Origin: Monocercomonoides exilis PA203
Lineage: Eukaryota > Protista > Preaxostyla
Assembly (NCBI GenBank): GCA_001643675.2
Contig: LSRY02000051.1
Coordinates: 186,001 to 250,000, forward strand
Length of the DNA stretch: 64,000 nt
Direction: 5' to 3'
Shown here: piece after piece, positions 38,201 to 50,696 of the stretch
Position numbering within the stretch: the first letter of the stretch is position 1
How the letters are laid out: each line of letters opens with the position of its first letter
The notes under the pieces: generated by a model
What the model was told of the DNA's origin: nothing
Seen by the model: the letters and a program-made list of their open reading frames with translations, nothing else
The model's database searches: none
Position numbers and translations under genes: made by a program

Positions 38201-39836
38201 GCAGACTTCAGCTGATGCCTCTACTTTTTCTTCATCTTCAGCAATCTCATCCCACGAAGCATCATCGATCCAACCTCCTTCATCAAAAACTGCTTCTTCT
38301 CCTTCTTCTTCAATTGACCCACTTGTTGTTTGCATTGATCCCAAGTCAGGTACCCTTCAACCCGGTCAATCTCTATCCATTTCTATTTCAATGCAATTGG
38401 ATGCAGAAGCACTTTTCTCTCTCCAAAGCAAAGAACACAACAGCCACTCTCATTTGCTGCTTTCTGCTGATCGGCTGGTGTCTGTCCATGGAGGCGATGC
38501 TGTTAAGCTGTCCATCCATTGCACTTCCCAGGATTCGTGTGTTGGTGGATGCTTATCTGTTGATGGTGAATCTTCCATAAAATGTGCTAATCAAGTAGAA
38601 GAGGCAATAAATGATACAACAGATTCAAAACAGATCATGCTGTCTAATTCAAACCATGTTGAACTCTGCGGCAAAGCATTTGACTGCTCGTGTGTTCCCT
38701 CGTCTCTTTCTGAACTTGTCCGCTTTGCTGTCAGTCTGCTTCCTTCTCCTCAAAATAGCGGAGATGATCCTCATTCTTCTTCCGTTCCTCTTTCCTCTTC
38801 TGATCTCCTCGAATCTGTTGCATCAGTTCATCGCACACTCCTCAGCTGCTCCATCACCCAGCACCGTTTCTCCTCTATCAACTTCTCTGCGGCATATCAG
38901 CGCCATTCGTATTCTCACTCAACAAAAGCCAATCGCGTGCAACATCAGTTGAAGCGCAATTCTGTTGCACTGCTTCCTCCTCCTTCCTCTTCGACTGCCT
39001 CAAAATCTCCCTTTTTGTCTTATTCTTCAGATCCTTCGCTGACTCCTTCTCTTCCATCTCATTGTTCAGATCACAAAACATCGCATCCTTCTTCTTCTCC
39101 TTTTTCTTCTTCTTCTTCTCATGTGAATACAGTAACAACTGATTCGCTATTACCCTCCAGTGTCTTTGATGATTATCCAACCATTTGTGAGCCTCTCCTT
39201 TCTCTACCTTCTGCTTCCGAGTGGTTTGAACTCGAACCGCTGCTTCTGATTCTCAGAGACTCACTCGACACTCACAATTGTTTGTCTTTTTCTTCATTCT
39301 CCTCTCAAAAGCACATTGAGACCAAGGCAATGTTCTCCATTACTCTTCATATGATCCTTCTTGTTTTGGCTTCGATGGTTCCTGTGCCTATTCTACCGCC
39401 TCTGCTTCTTCAGAATTATCTCTCAGACCATCACTCAAAATGCGATGTGTTCTGCTTTAATGTTTCTTCCATTGCAAATGATCTTTCACAGCTGCCGTCT
39501 TCAAACAAGGCTACTTTTTTGTTTATTGTGCATTTTGTGCGACATCTCATACGAATTCCGTCTTCTCCTTCTTGCTGGCCAACTCGTTCGTCATGTCCTG
39601 CTTCATCTGTTCAGTCCTCTCTGTCTTCCTCTTCCTCCTCTTCCTCTTTGAATTCACTTGATGAAACAGTCAAAATATTTCGGATAGTTTTGTTTTCTCT
39701 TTTTGGTAACGTTTTGTTCCATTTCAATTCTCTTGTTGTGTCTGAAGAGAGTCTGAAGTGCCATCAGCTCTGCGCTTCTTTTATTGAATTCTGTGTTGAT
39801 AATTGCGATGAGTTACAATCACTTTTACAACGTTAA
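35235..39836 (+). CDS. Inositol polyphosphate 5-phosphatase, OCRL/INPP5B-like (5-phosphatase, ASH-like, RhoGAP-like)
   Basis: TWNVN, GLQE, GNKGGVAVRF, HLAA, FGDLNYR, PTYKY, TPSWCDRIL and SDHRAV, followed by IDPKSGTLQPG (ASH-like) and LSQLPSSNKATFLFIVHFVRHL (RhoGAP-like). Confidence 0.88.
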   Translation: MIDSHGPCESDSKKAFIVSKSEDYKNTYSLNLHASIESNSFQILRTDKQNLSMEPHVESCCSSSSSFQSIINQENSPNSDFNPYCIKSQTEEETERNFYKGKRSLISKNENDSLIDPNIHNNFSQSEKDIHIKESAFEHLQTKDGKVDHDTACYPSFQTFPVHYFHSVGCVRHTQKEERKSFYSNPCQQTTSVSKSKPLAEKASFYSFGYGRDNHSFIESNKKIAIFTWNVNNMNPPDQSMLVSMICEMLCDNSSSPTSSSHSLFEPDIAVFGLQEVDLTAQGVLQGTTDKMKQWQTALERALNQSVSAAGDGSRSKYVNVSVQQMAGLFLGVYAQETTSLYVKEVETASVGTGLLNALGNKGGVAVRFRCHKSLFTFVNGHLAANKNSVETRNKDYNEIVRQIRFTKAVLHSSTDLSCCICKGCDNLSATNECSDLFHTNALFFFGDLNYRLSTDISTAFSLLSELRLLNEKDSSSASSQTDTENSSFCTNTEQEAQSKHSSVNKTPQASSPSYPSSYPSLSLSLHPSFTRLLSFDELRQQMVSHRAFTLFTEGPITFLPTYKYAKMSRAYDSAWLFDVPEEKKTDDEKAGRFESAQLQVKQAVNSSNELKVASSPPYLPPPPPPPPPPPPPPPPLRRSPASSPSPALSLSSSAKQMSSSTIHSSPSPPSTEKSSNSSTSSSPSDKSLSASSSQPPSASSPKKIERHSSPKLPAAVAQQIEELKKKARTPSWCDRILWLVGVPLEYQTSIQQNPSRFLRHSVCCADSCAGKVAERKGRMEEMNETNEKRFSTSLKNGSRIQSCVSEFGASASSHPQPVRPSSISNVSSKSISEDYKSHTISSPSFSSSSSPSVCLLPPPSPSSLSRPLASAALSTPFPYLTPVSLIRYGRIESCLCSDHRAVYGLFHVACYESEEELQPRKEGGGKKKELTSAALGRPCIALSCADVDGGVMKVGDVVKKEVIATNPHDTLSATFHIVHLPKMQISPKQTSADASTFSSSSAISSHEASSIQPPSSKTASSPSSSIDPLVVCIDPKSGTLQPGQSLSISISMQLDAEALFSLQSKEHNSHSHLLLSADRLVSVHGGDAVKLSIHCTSQDSCVGGCLSVDGESSIKCANQVEEAINDTTDSKQIMLSNSNHVELCGKAFDCSCVPSSLSELVRFAVSLLPSPQNSGDDPHSSSVPLSSSDLLESVASVHRTLLSCSITQHRFSSINFSAAYQRHSYSHSTKANRVQHQLKRNSVALLPPPSSSTASKSPFLSYSSDPSLTPSLPSHCSDHKTSHPSSSPFSSSSSHVNTVTTDSLLPSSVFDDYPTICEPLLSLPSASEWFELEPLLLILRDSLDTHNCLSFSSFSSQKHIETKAMFSITLHMILLVLASMVPVPILPPLLLQNYLSDHHSKCDVFCFNVSSIANDLSQLPSSNKATFLFIVHFVRHLIRIPSSPSCWPTRSSCPASSVQSSLSSSSSSSSLNSLDETVKIFRIVLFSLFGNVLFHFNSLVVSEESLKCHQLCASFIEFCVDNCDELQSLLQR

Positions 39837-40352
39837 GCTTTTGTTTCTTCAATTTTTATTTATTTTTTTATTTTTTGTTTTTTGTTTCGATTGTTTTCGT
39901 TTTCTCGAGTGAATTTTAAAAAAAAAAAAGTGTTATTTTGATGGGCTCTATAATGAATGAACTGAAAAAACAAGGGTGACTGCAGAAACAATTTACAGGA
40001 AATCCCAAAGACAAACAAATTCTCGCGGTTTGCAAGCTTAACATTAAAAAAGGAAATAAAAAAAGAAAAGAAAAAGAAACTTGCACATCACAAACGATGC
40101 AAAAGAAAGGAAAATGGACTGATGAATTTATAAAAATAAAAATAAAAATTTAACTAATTAATTAATCTGCAGAAATATTCCAAAAACAAAATCTCAAAAG
40201 ATAACCTGCTGAGGCAGATAGGCGGAAAAAAGTTAACCAAGTGCCAACTAAACAGCAAAAAAATTCTTTTCAAAAGAAATTCACAACAAAAGAACACAAA
40301 AAATTAGATGATAATCAGATAAAACTAAAATTCCAAGAGTGCCTCGTGAATG

Positions 40353-41632
40353 TTAATGCCCTTGTTGCTGGGCGTCCTTCAATTTCAGATATTCTTTGTA
40401 CTTCGCTTCATCCAAGCGCGACTGGCGTGTGTTGATTACCTGCTTCATGACAGTACCATCCTGCATATACAATATTCTATCAGCGTAGCATTCGATATCA
40501 GGATTGTGGGTAACCTGCATCATGTTGCATGAGTGACAAGAAAGAGCAAAGGATAAATACTTTGTAAATTGTTAGAAAGATATAAAATAAAAACCATGAT
40601 GCAAGTTGTATGCTTCTTGAGATTGATGTCAAGGATTAAATCCATAATTTGAATTGTGTTAGAGGTATCTAAATCACCAGTTGGTTCATCCAACAGAAGT
40701 AATTTCGGATCGTTCGCCAGAGCTCGTGCAATTGTCCTGTTTTGTAAAAATTAAAAATAAATTCACTGATAATTAATGATGTTATTGCAATTGCATACAC
40801 TCTCTGCTGTTCTCCCCCAGATAATTCTGATGGCTATTCATTAATATGAATAATTTTTAAAAGTTGAAATTAAACAAAAAATCATAGAGTTAATATTCGT
40901 TGAATTACTGAATATTTGAATAAAATATTTTCTCAAACCAAATGCATCATTCTATCGCGAAGCCCAACTGAAGTTAACAAATCAATAGATCTTTGTTTGA
41001 TTTGTCGAGGCTTGTACCTTCCAAGAACGGTTTGAGGAAGTTCAACATTTTCATATGCAGATAACGTGGCTAAAAGATTAAACGTTTGAAATACAAATCC
41101 AATGCTTTCCAAGCGCAATCTCGAAAGTTCAGCATCAGTAGAATTCGAATCAATATTCTTACCAAATAAGGTAATTACTCCACTTGTTGGCTTATCAATT
41201 GTACCTAAAAGATTTAGCATTGTTGTTTTCCCTCCTCCAGATGGACCACGAATCTGCGAAAAAAGAATATCAATACGAAGTTAAAGGGAAACTGCAAACC
41301 ATGACAAATTCCCCTTCATGAACGGGATAGAATTCTGATTCTGTGCTGAATGTAACGTCACGAAGTGCAACCACAGGATCATCACGCCCAGATATTTTAT
41401 AGGCTTTCCCAAGATTATGAACAGATACAATTGGACCTCCAAGCTATAAAAATTTTTAATGAAAAGGGAAAAAATACAAAAAACGACAAAATGAAAAATA
41501 ACGAACCGGTTTTACAGGATCTGGGACAAAGAAAGGAAGAGTTTGGGGACGAAAGATCTTCTCTTCCATTTCATCAGCTTTAATTGTTTGATCATCTTGC
41601 TTTATGTAGTGGCTGGACCTATTCGATTTCAT
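40353..41632 (-). CDS. Stand-alone ABC ATPase, LolD/MacB (MJ0796-like) type (6 exons)
   Basis: [60 protein letters not shown] and MVTHN over five GT-AG introns. No TM domain. Confidence 0.9.
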
Positions 41633-41918
41633 CTGAACAGTTATTTTTAAAAAATGCTCTACATTTCTTTAATCCATTTAAAACAAAAGCACACAGCTCA
41701 AAAACAAATAAAATAGGTTTCCTTTTTATTAAGGTTTGATCAAACAATCTATAAATTCTTCAACTTCTTCCATATAAAACATTAGTGTATAATCTTTTTC
41801 AACCATTTCATAAACAAAAATAACTATTTTGCATACGGTTTGAAAAAGATTGCAGTAAAAAAAATTGTGAAATTTTATAACGAAAACAAAAAATATATAA
41901 ATATAACAAAAGAAAATT

Positions 41919-42873
41919 TCATTCCACGTAATCCAATTCTGTTGGTAACGTAAAGCTAACAGATATTTGCTCCTCTTCCATGTGAAATTGATTTTTTGCA
42001 TAACTTCTAATTGCGAGAATATTATCTAAATTTGTAATAAATGTAAACAAATACAGTTAAATATTTGAGAATACCTGTCCAACGATTTGCTGCTTCTTTA
42101 GCTATGGAAACAGTATCTTCTGAATATTGAATATTTTGAAGGAACAAAATATTTTTATTTTTTTAAAGCAAACCCATCTTCTTTAAAGTTTCTGGATCGT
42201 TTTCTCTAAATTCTTCCAAACCATCAATAATTGTTTGATTTTCTTCTCTGAGCTTTGCGAGTTTTGCTTGTCTTTCTTTTCTTTCTTTCTAAATTAATAG
42301 CAAAACTGAAAAAAGTCCAAACAATTCGATCATTCAAACGGTTTCCTCTCTTCCTTTTCTTAATTCTTTTCTTGCAGTCTTTAATGTTTCAATTTTATCT
42401 TTTGTAGATCTTATTTTGTCCTGTAGTTGCTTAAGTCGAGTTTCTCTCTTTGAATAAAAAATTATTTTAAATAAATAAAGGATATTCAATTATTTCAACT
42501 CTGAACATAAACAAACTGTTTGAGCAGCTTTGCTTGGGAATGCCCAAAATAACACATTCGTCCCACATTTGTCAGAGTCAATAACTCCTTCATGAACTCC
42601 ATCCATAACCGCATCTTTCACGCTCTGATAAACTTAAAGTTCATATCTTTTGAAATCAATATAAGAATAAAAAGTAAATCAAACTTACTCCTAATTTAGG
42701 ACCTATTTTCTCTAATTCTTTCATAGAAAAAGGAACTGGCTAAATTGTATTTATTGGTAAAATAAAACAATAAATATTTGTATAATCCGAAGAAAGCATA
42801 CATGATCTAACAGATAATTCACCATCGTTACCCGTTTTTCATCCTTACTCATTCCTCTCTTGCTTTTGCTCAT
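41919..42873 (-). CDS. MND1: Meiotic recombination factor Mnd1 (7 exons; absent from the ORF track)
   Basis: Spliced read MSKSKRGMSKDEKR..MKELEKIGPK..SVKD..FWAFPSKA..NDPETL..AKEAANRWTDNILAI..LDYVE with six GT-AG introns. Confidence 0.93.
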
Positions 42874-43507
42874 TTTTCGAAAAAGACAAATCGATGAAAA
42901 TAATATTGGGTTGGATCTTTCGTTTTCTCAAAAGAAATATAACCTTTTAATTTCGTGGTGCTACTTATTAAAATAAATATGAAAGCAACAATAAATCAAA
43001 AAATAAATGTTTTAAAGAGTGTTTGATATTATTATTAAATATCGTTATAGATTTTGTCACTCAAAGAAAATCAAAATTGTTAAATAAATGTATAAAAAAT
43101 GAAAAGAAATGAAACAATTTATAAATCTTGCTACAAGCTTTGGAATGATATGTCGCAAAATTGTTTATTTTTGGAAACACAATAAAAATAAAAACTCTTT
43201 TATAATCTTTGTTTTGTTTTAAAAGGTTGATTCAATTATTACATAATTTTTGACATTTTTTCAATAATACATTCCGAATCAAATATTTTCTATCAAAAAT
43301 TCAAGCACAGAACTTGTTTAACAGATGTGAAGTTTTTCATTCATATTTTTTCATATGTGTACTTAACTTATTTAATAGTTTTAATCTAATATTCTCTTTG
43401 AAAAAATAGCTCGCGAGCTTATTTATTTTTAATTATGTTTTTCTTTCTTGAGATAATTGTTTAGAAACATCAGCAACAACAATGATGTGAGGCATTTAAA
43501 TAATCAT

Positions 43508-44304
43508 TTATTCGTCTCCTTCTTCCTCTTTCTTATCTCCAGCTCTCAACTTCTTCTTTGCAACACGACCTGGTTTCCCTCCTCCAAATGGACTACGTGG
43601 GTCAAAATCGATGTGACTTTCGTTTGCAACAGCAACCATGAAGCTTGGAACTGTCACAATTTGCTTTCCAATTCTGTAAATTCCCAGAAAAAAATAATAT
43701 TAGCAATAAATGTTACCATTAGCTACAAATAAAAAATAATAATAATGAAAAAATAAACCTGATATGACCTTGGGTAATGAGAAGACGAGCGTGATGAATT
43801 GAGCGAGCAAGTTTCTTTTTGAGGACCAAAGTTTGAAGACGACGTTCCATGAAATCCTGTGGTTTCAATCCAAGGACATAATCAAGTGCCTGGTGCTCTT
43901 CGTCAAGAACGCCCAATCTTGACAAATAACGAATGATAGCTTCACCTTCGAAAATACGTCTCTCGTCTTTTGGGTCAAGAGTAAGAAGCTCTCTTGATTT
44001 TTCACGAAGCTGTTCAAAATAATCGAATTCAATTTTTAAAACAAATTCAATTTGATGAAAATCTTGTTTATCTATAAAATACAAACTTTTGCAAGTGAAT
44101 GTGTAACTCTCCACAGTTCTCTTTTGTTGCGAAGACCGTACTCACCGCAAATACGAAGTTCGCTATCAATCCTCTCGCGCTCGAAGGGATGACGTGGTGT
44201 CTTGAACACACTGCTGACTAACAAATAAATAAATAGTTAGAAGAATTTGTAGAAAATAATGAATTGGGGCCTTTCAACAAGAAAAACACACAGTTTCTAA
44301 TCAT
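43508..44304 (-). CDS. RPS9: 40S ribosomal protein S9 (uS4), 4 exons
   Basis: [63 protein letters not shown]. Confidence 0.97.
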
Positions 44305-44552
44305 TTTTATAATTACCTAATTAGGAATACAGGAACACTAAACAATCCCAAACCCATAATAAATTTTTATTATTATTCAAAAAGTTATAAAAATATATAA
44401 AGAAGGTTTGAAGAATATTTAAGAATATTTTAATGCATAATTTAATGTGATGATTTTATTGTTTTAACATTGCGAATATTATTTCTTGAATAAATTTGAT
44501 ATGATATTCTTTTAAAATTAATAACTTATTACTACCATTGAAGAGATTTTGA

Positions 44553-45367
44553 ATGGAATTTTTAAAAAACAAAAATGCTGATGATGTAGATGCTGATGAT
44601 AGTGAAGATTTTGAACCATGTATTTATTTTTTTGAGTAAGTTGAAAAAATAACAATTATATGCCTTCTTTTCTAATTTTTTCAAAAAAGCTGATGAGAGC
44701 GATAGCGATATTGATTTTGATTCGAATGAAAGCGTTGGAGGAGACATTTCCGAAGAATCGGAAGAAGATGAAGAAATGAGAAAGAAATATCAGGAGATAG
44801 CACGTCGTTTAGAAAGGGTATGTGAAACATTTTTGTAAGTATGACTGACTGTTTTATGAAAAAAGGAAGAAGATGACGAACTTGCAGAATTTCATGATAA
44901 AAAAGAGCCAAAATATGATGATTCTGAAAGTGATGATGCACCATCTTCGTCGACAAAACCATCAGTTGAAGCAAAGACCAAAAAAGTAGAAGAAGAAGAA
45001 AAGAAAGAATCAAAGCCTCAGCAATCAACAAACTTACCAAAAAAACCAGCAACCCAGCCAGGTCCACGACCAAAGCCAAAATTGTCAATGAGCGATGCTA
45101 TCAAATTGATGAAGGTTTGCCATCACATTATTAATAACGGGAAGAATTAAGCTTTTTCACGAAATATATTGTTCAGCAACAACAAAAGCAGAAAGGATCG
45201 ATACTTGATGCATCTAAAAAGAATTGGGAAGTTTTCAAGAACGAAGCACAGCTTCAAGACGAATTAAAAGTTGCTACAGATGCAGGCAAAGGACTAACGC
45301 AAAGCGGGTGTGTTATTTATTTGTTTGTTTTCTTGTGCACTTAAGCGTGTTCATTGAACATATTTCA

Positions 45368-45433
<66 letters not shown>

Positions 45434-45578
45434 TTTTATATTGTTTTAATATAATTTTTGTTGCTATAGCTATATTGCGAAGCAAGAGTTCCTTCATCGT
45501 TCGAGGGAACGTGAGGCTGAACTCCAACAGCAAATAAAAGCAGAGGAAAGGAAAAAGAGAGAATTGAAAGGCAACTAA
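44553..45578 (+). CDS. CFDP1: CFDP1/Swc5 (BCNT-domain) chromatin protein
   Basis: Acidic N-terminus with DSEDFEP. C-terminal SILDASKKNWEVFK..LQDEL..GYIAKQEFLHR matches BCNT-C. Several GT-AG introns. Confidence 0.8.
45370..45432 (+). repeat. (GT)~31 intronic microsatellite
   Basis: Read directly; lies in the last CFDP1 intron. Confidence 0.95.
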
Positions 45579-46169
45579 ATAAACATTTCATCATTGTTAA
45601 AATTATTAAGCACAGACTAAAGAATATTTTTATTTTCATTTCATTTTTTTTCTTCTTTCAAATAGCTTCAACTACTCATGAAGGTCTTATTTGTTTTCGA
45701 TCATTCAGAATTTATTTCAACTTTTGACGTTTCTTTTTTTAAGAAGATTCATTTAAGTTTTCACATGAACATTTCTTTTTAAAAAATAAAAAAAAGAAAG
45801 TCAGAAAAGAAAACGTTTCAATCAATGTTTACACAACTATATATCTTTAAACAGAATTTAAAAAAAAGGCAAAGTAAATGCCACAGTGAATGAACCCTCG
45901 AATGCGAAACATAAAATAATAGAATGCATGAGAATAAAATAAGATTAAATAGAAAAATGCTTGACAAGCAAGACATGATATTCCTTCATGCTTATACAGT
46001 CACTCACGATTTTTAGCAGAATAAGCAAACAATCGCAATCAATCAAAATGCTTCAAAAAAGCATACAAGACAAACAGATAAATAAAACGCAATGGAATAA
46101 AAATACATAGCCAATAGTCAACAATCAATGGTCATAATTAGCAAATATAATTACAGTCTAATAGCGAAG

Positions 46170-46701
46170 TTAGTAATATCCTTCTTTGTCAGCAAGGAAC
46201 GTGTATGATTTTGCTGTGTCCTGCTTCTTCTTGCGAATGCGGAAGGCGATGAACACGACAATTGTAACAGTTATGACAACTGCTCCAATACAGCCCAGAA
46301 CAATGCCAACGATGGCACCAGGATTAGTCTTTGGAGGATTTGAATGTGGAGGATTTACGTTCCCACTGAAAAGGTTGATGAAAACAGAAGCATTGAAGAC
46401 AATGAATGCAGATACAAAAAAATTGAATAGAGAAAAATAAATTCATTTGTAATGAAATATAGTTTTAAAAAAAACAAGAAGAAAGTTAAATCTAATGAAA
46501 TAAGCAATGGAATAAACCATTTCCACGATTTTTCAATGAAAGTCTGAAAAGTGTCTCTGAACAGGCATTTTGTGTTGATTGATGTGTGTGTCTCGTCGCT
46601 CACCAATTTCAAGCGATCCTTTTGTTGCAATTAGAAACAGGATTCATTCGGATAATAGAAAAATATAATTATCATTGTGAATTCAAAACATTTTGAGTCA
46701 A

Positions 46702-46754
<53 letters not shown>

Positions 46755-49358
46755 GTTAACAGAAGCAGCAATAAATAAATGAAATAATCACACAATTATC
46801 CTTTTTGCATCGTATGTGGTGACAGTCAATGTGTATTTATCATTCTCATTCAGCTTCTGAGACGTGATAAAATACTTGTCAGAGAACTTCGATCCATCTG
46901 ATAGTGAAATAGTTGCATTTAAAAAACAATAAATGTTAAATAAAAATCAAAAGGAAAAGAGAATTTTTAAAAAAATGAATTAAATTTTTCAAATATTCAC
47001 AAATGCAGCAAAAATAATCACTAAATTTTATACATTCAAAAAATTATCTTCACAAAATAAAAAGAAAAAGCACATCAGCATTTCAACTAACATATGTTCT
47101 TTTTCATTCAAAGTTTCATTTTCTAATAAAAAATATTTTCCATTGATTTATCAAACCGAGTGTCGTATTCTTCATCTTCTCGATGTCTCCTCCTCTGACA
47201 TTCTCAATTGCAGATATGGCGTTGTTGAATGGATCAACCGAGTACAAGTCATCCAGATACATCTCTCCCTCATAAATATCACCTGTATGCACAAGAGATT
47301 GAATAAACACAAATGGAAATTAATCATAAAAAAAACATTAAAATGAAGAATTTTTGATATAAAATAAGCATTTCACCGAACAAGAAATAGAACAGAAAAA
47401 AATGAGACAATAAAAGAAACAACAGTAAAAATACATTAAACGATCATTGCATACTTCTAACAGAGGAAGATGAAACGATGTGGATCATCTCCTGCACAGT
47501 GTTCAAGCACTTCATCTCAACTGCTGCATAAGGAAATGCCTCATCAACCATCAGCATCCCCAGGCTCTTCTTGCCATCTTTCGGCTTTAACGATCTCGAG
47601 TAGAATTCCGGAACACACCCAACTACCTTCGAGAGGCCGAGGTCGTCGTACTTTGCTTTGATCCTTCTCTTAATCTCTTCTCCTTTCTTCGTCTTCAGCT
47701 CGCCCGCACTGAGCCCGCTCGCCCGCTCAAAGTCCTTCCCAATCATGTTGAGCCACTCGTAGCTGAACGACAGCTTCTCCGCAGCGCCTTCCGCACTCAG
47801 CTGTTTTCCCAGCGCAAAGTTTATGAGCCCAATTTGCCTGCCGTATGCTCCGCTTTCCAGCGCCCATGCATCCGACTCCACAACCTTCGCATTCGACGGC
47901 TTCTTCTCCAAGTCCCGCTGCCTCAGCATGTGCGAGTGGCCTGTCAGGAACAGCTGTGGCACGTCTGGCTTCCTCTGCTGAATGAATTTTTTGATCTCGT
48001 CAACCTCTTTGCTGTCGGTGGAGATGTGGCACAGGTTGATGATCAGCCGCACATTCTCTGTCTGAAATGCCTTTTCGAACCGCTCGTCAGTCAGCACATC
48101 TTTGACAGGCGACACTTTCACATGGTCAGCTGCATTGTTCATGCCATATATGAAGCCAAAAACTAGAATTTTCCCTTCATTCTCTGGTAAATCGATTGTA
48201 ATGAAATCATCAGCTAATTTCTTGTTCTTGTTAACATGTTCTGCATTCATGCAGATGTATCTGTTAAAAAATATGGTAGTAATCATACAAATGTCAAATA
48301 TATAAAAGTTTTAAGAGCAAAGAATAAATAACATTTCAAAAATTTTTATAAAGTGGTTTTATCTACATTGTTCAATAAAAGGAATAAAAGTTCAAAAGAA
48401 AAGAAGTTTGAAAATAGCTTTTTCAAAAGCAATCACATCACAAACAACAGTTTTTGCTTTTAAAAAAATTGTTTATGCATACTTTCCTTTCCAGAACGGA
48501 CTGAAATCATCTGCAATATGATCAATTTGGTTGTTATTTCCAAGTTCATGGTTTCCAATGACAAGGCCATCATATGGCAATTCCTTAAACATTTCCATTA
48601 TGAACTCTCCATGAACATCAACAGCATCACTAAGACCTGTACCCTATTAATGATATTATTTGTAAACATATTCATAAATATGAAAATATTTTTTTAAGTT
48701 ATTTTAAATATATTTAAAAATCAATTAAAAAAATAACAAATATTAATATAATCAAATAAAGTATATCTTCCAATAATTGTTTCATGTTTAACAAACCTCT
48801 GAAACATCTCCAGTGTCAAAAAGAAGAACAATATGATTTGAACTCTGCTTTTTTTTCATTGCAGTCACAAAATCGTACAAATCCCCCAAATTTGCTGGAT
48901 AGCGATCATCTCTAATGTGGCCATTTATCCAACCATGAACTTTTATTGTCAATTAATAAGTATCAATATGAATATGCATGTTTTTACGGAAACAAAAAAG
49001 TACGAAATTTATAATCACAAAAATAATAAATCATTCAAAATGAAATGATGTTTTAATTATATATCTTAAAAATAAAGCAAGTCGTACTGTCTGTTGTTTG
49101 GATAACGGTTATGTTAAGTTCTTTTGTATCAGTAATTCCTTTTGTTCTTGGGATATGGTCAATAAATTTTTAATTTTTTCATTGACAATTATTTTTTGAA
49201 AATGCAACAGTTCGAAATAAATATGTAATTTTCGAAAAATATAAGAGATTTATAATATATAATAATGAATCATTAAATAAGTAATCAAACCTCTCAACCC
49301 CATTTTCATCCATGCAGCAAATTTTTGCAATAATGAAATAACAAATATGCAACAGCAT
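46170..49358 (-). CDS. Membrane-anchored 5'-nucleotidase / calcineurin-like metallophosphoesterase (YHR202W-like), multi-exon
   Basis: QTTDVHGW, FDTGD..EGTGLSD, IGNHEL, LCHI, TGHSH, ESGAYG and VDPFNN. Signal peptide and C-terminal TM (GAIVGIVLGCIGAVVITVTIVVFIAF-RIRKKK). Confidence 0.85.
46702..46749 (+). repeat. (AAT)16 intronic microsatellite
   Basis: Read directly. Confidence 0.95.
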
Positions 49359-50696
49359 TTTATTAAATGTGTTCGATACCAATAAGAAAACTAATTTATT
49401 GATGATGATTTTCCATAATATATATTTTTCTTATCTTCATTTTCATTAATAATTATTTTTTGTTGGAAACAAAAAATTGGATTTATTATTTATTATTTAT
49501 TAAAAGTTTTTGTAATACAAAATTTTCACTTTTTGGAAAACTGTTTTATATTTTTAAGAAATAAATTCGATATCTTTTCCAAAATTCTTAAAAAATAACA
49601 ACAAGAAATTTCTAAGTTCTTCAAGAATATTTCGATATTAAAGACATTGTGATAAATATAATTTTCAATCTTTATTTGTTTTCTGAAATTATTTTTGACA
49701 ATCATAAATGTTTTTCACTCCACATTCGAGGAATATTGATTATGAAAAAGATACCAGAAAAGTTTGATATCTTAATAACTGCAAGAGGAATAATACTAAT
49801 AATTTTCATCCAAATGCGTCTTATAAATACTAACTCTTTTGGTATGACGGACTTTTAATTTCGTGTTGACTGAATGTTGCAAAAATAATTATATGTGTCT
49901 CGGAGAAACAGAAAATAATATTTCTCCGAAAATTAAATAGTAATTTTTTCTGAGTACAAATGAAGCAGGTTTGAAAGTCTTATATTTAACATGAGTTTTT
50001 ATTGATGAGATATATTTTGAGGAAGATTGTCAGAATTTCTTCTCTTGCAGTAATTGAGAAACTGATCTTGTCAAGAATTATTTGTGATGTTAATCACTTT
50101 TTGAATAATCTGTGTTAGTTGCATAACTTCAAAATCGAATAATCAAATTTTAAACAAATATGGTTATCTAATTTTTCATAATTGACAATGTTATAATAAA
50201 ATATTATTCATTTGATGAATTATATAAAATTAAAATTTTTAAAAAAAAATTAAACTGATTATTTGATAGGGGTGTAGAAGTGCTAGAATTAAAAATTTTC
50301 AAAATTCGTGAAAGTGATGAAAAGTTTGGTGTTTTTATTGGTTCCTTTTTTCAATAACCTGGAAAATTACAAAAAATTTTTTAAAAGAAACAAAAATTGT
50401 TTGTTCACACAATTATGTTTATCATCAGTTGATGAACAGATATGTCAATTTGATTTCAAGATGATAATTTAATTCGTTTGTGAAATTATCGTTAGAAAAA
50501 AACATGACAAAAAATTATTTGAAACAAATTGAATTAACAAAAAAAATTTATTTTAGCAAATTCTTCCTATCTCTTTAGTGTAAATGTCAGTTGGCTGTTT
50601 GATAAGGTCTTATTTTTTGCCATTTCCCAAAAAATTGATTTGTTTTTCTTATGATCAAAAAGACACTAAAGAAGGGAAAAGAAAAGCACGACAGAA

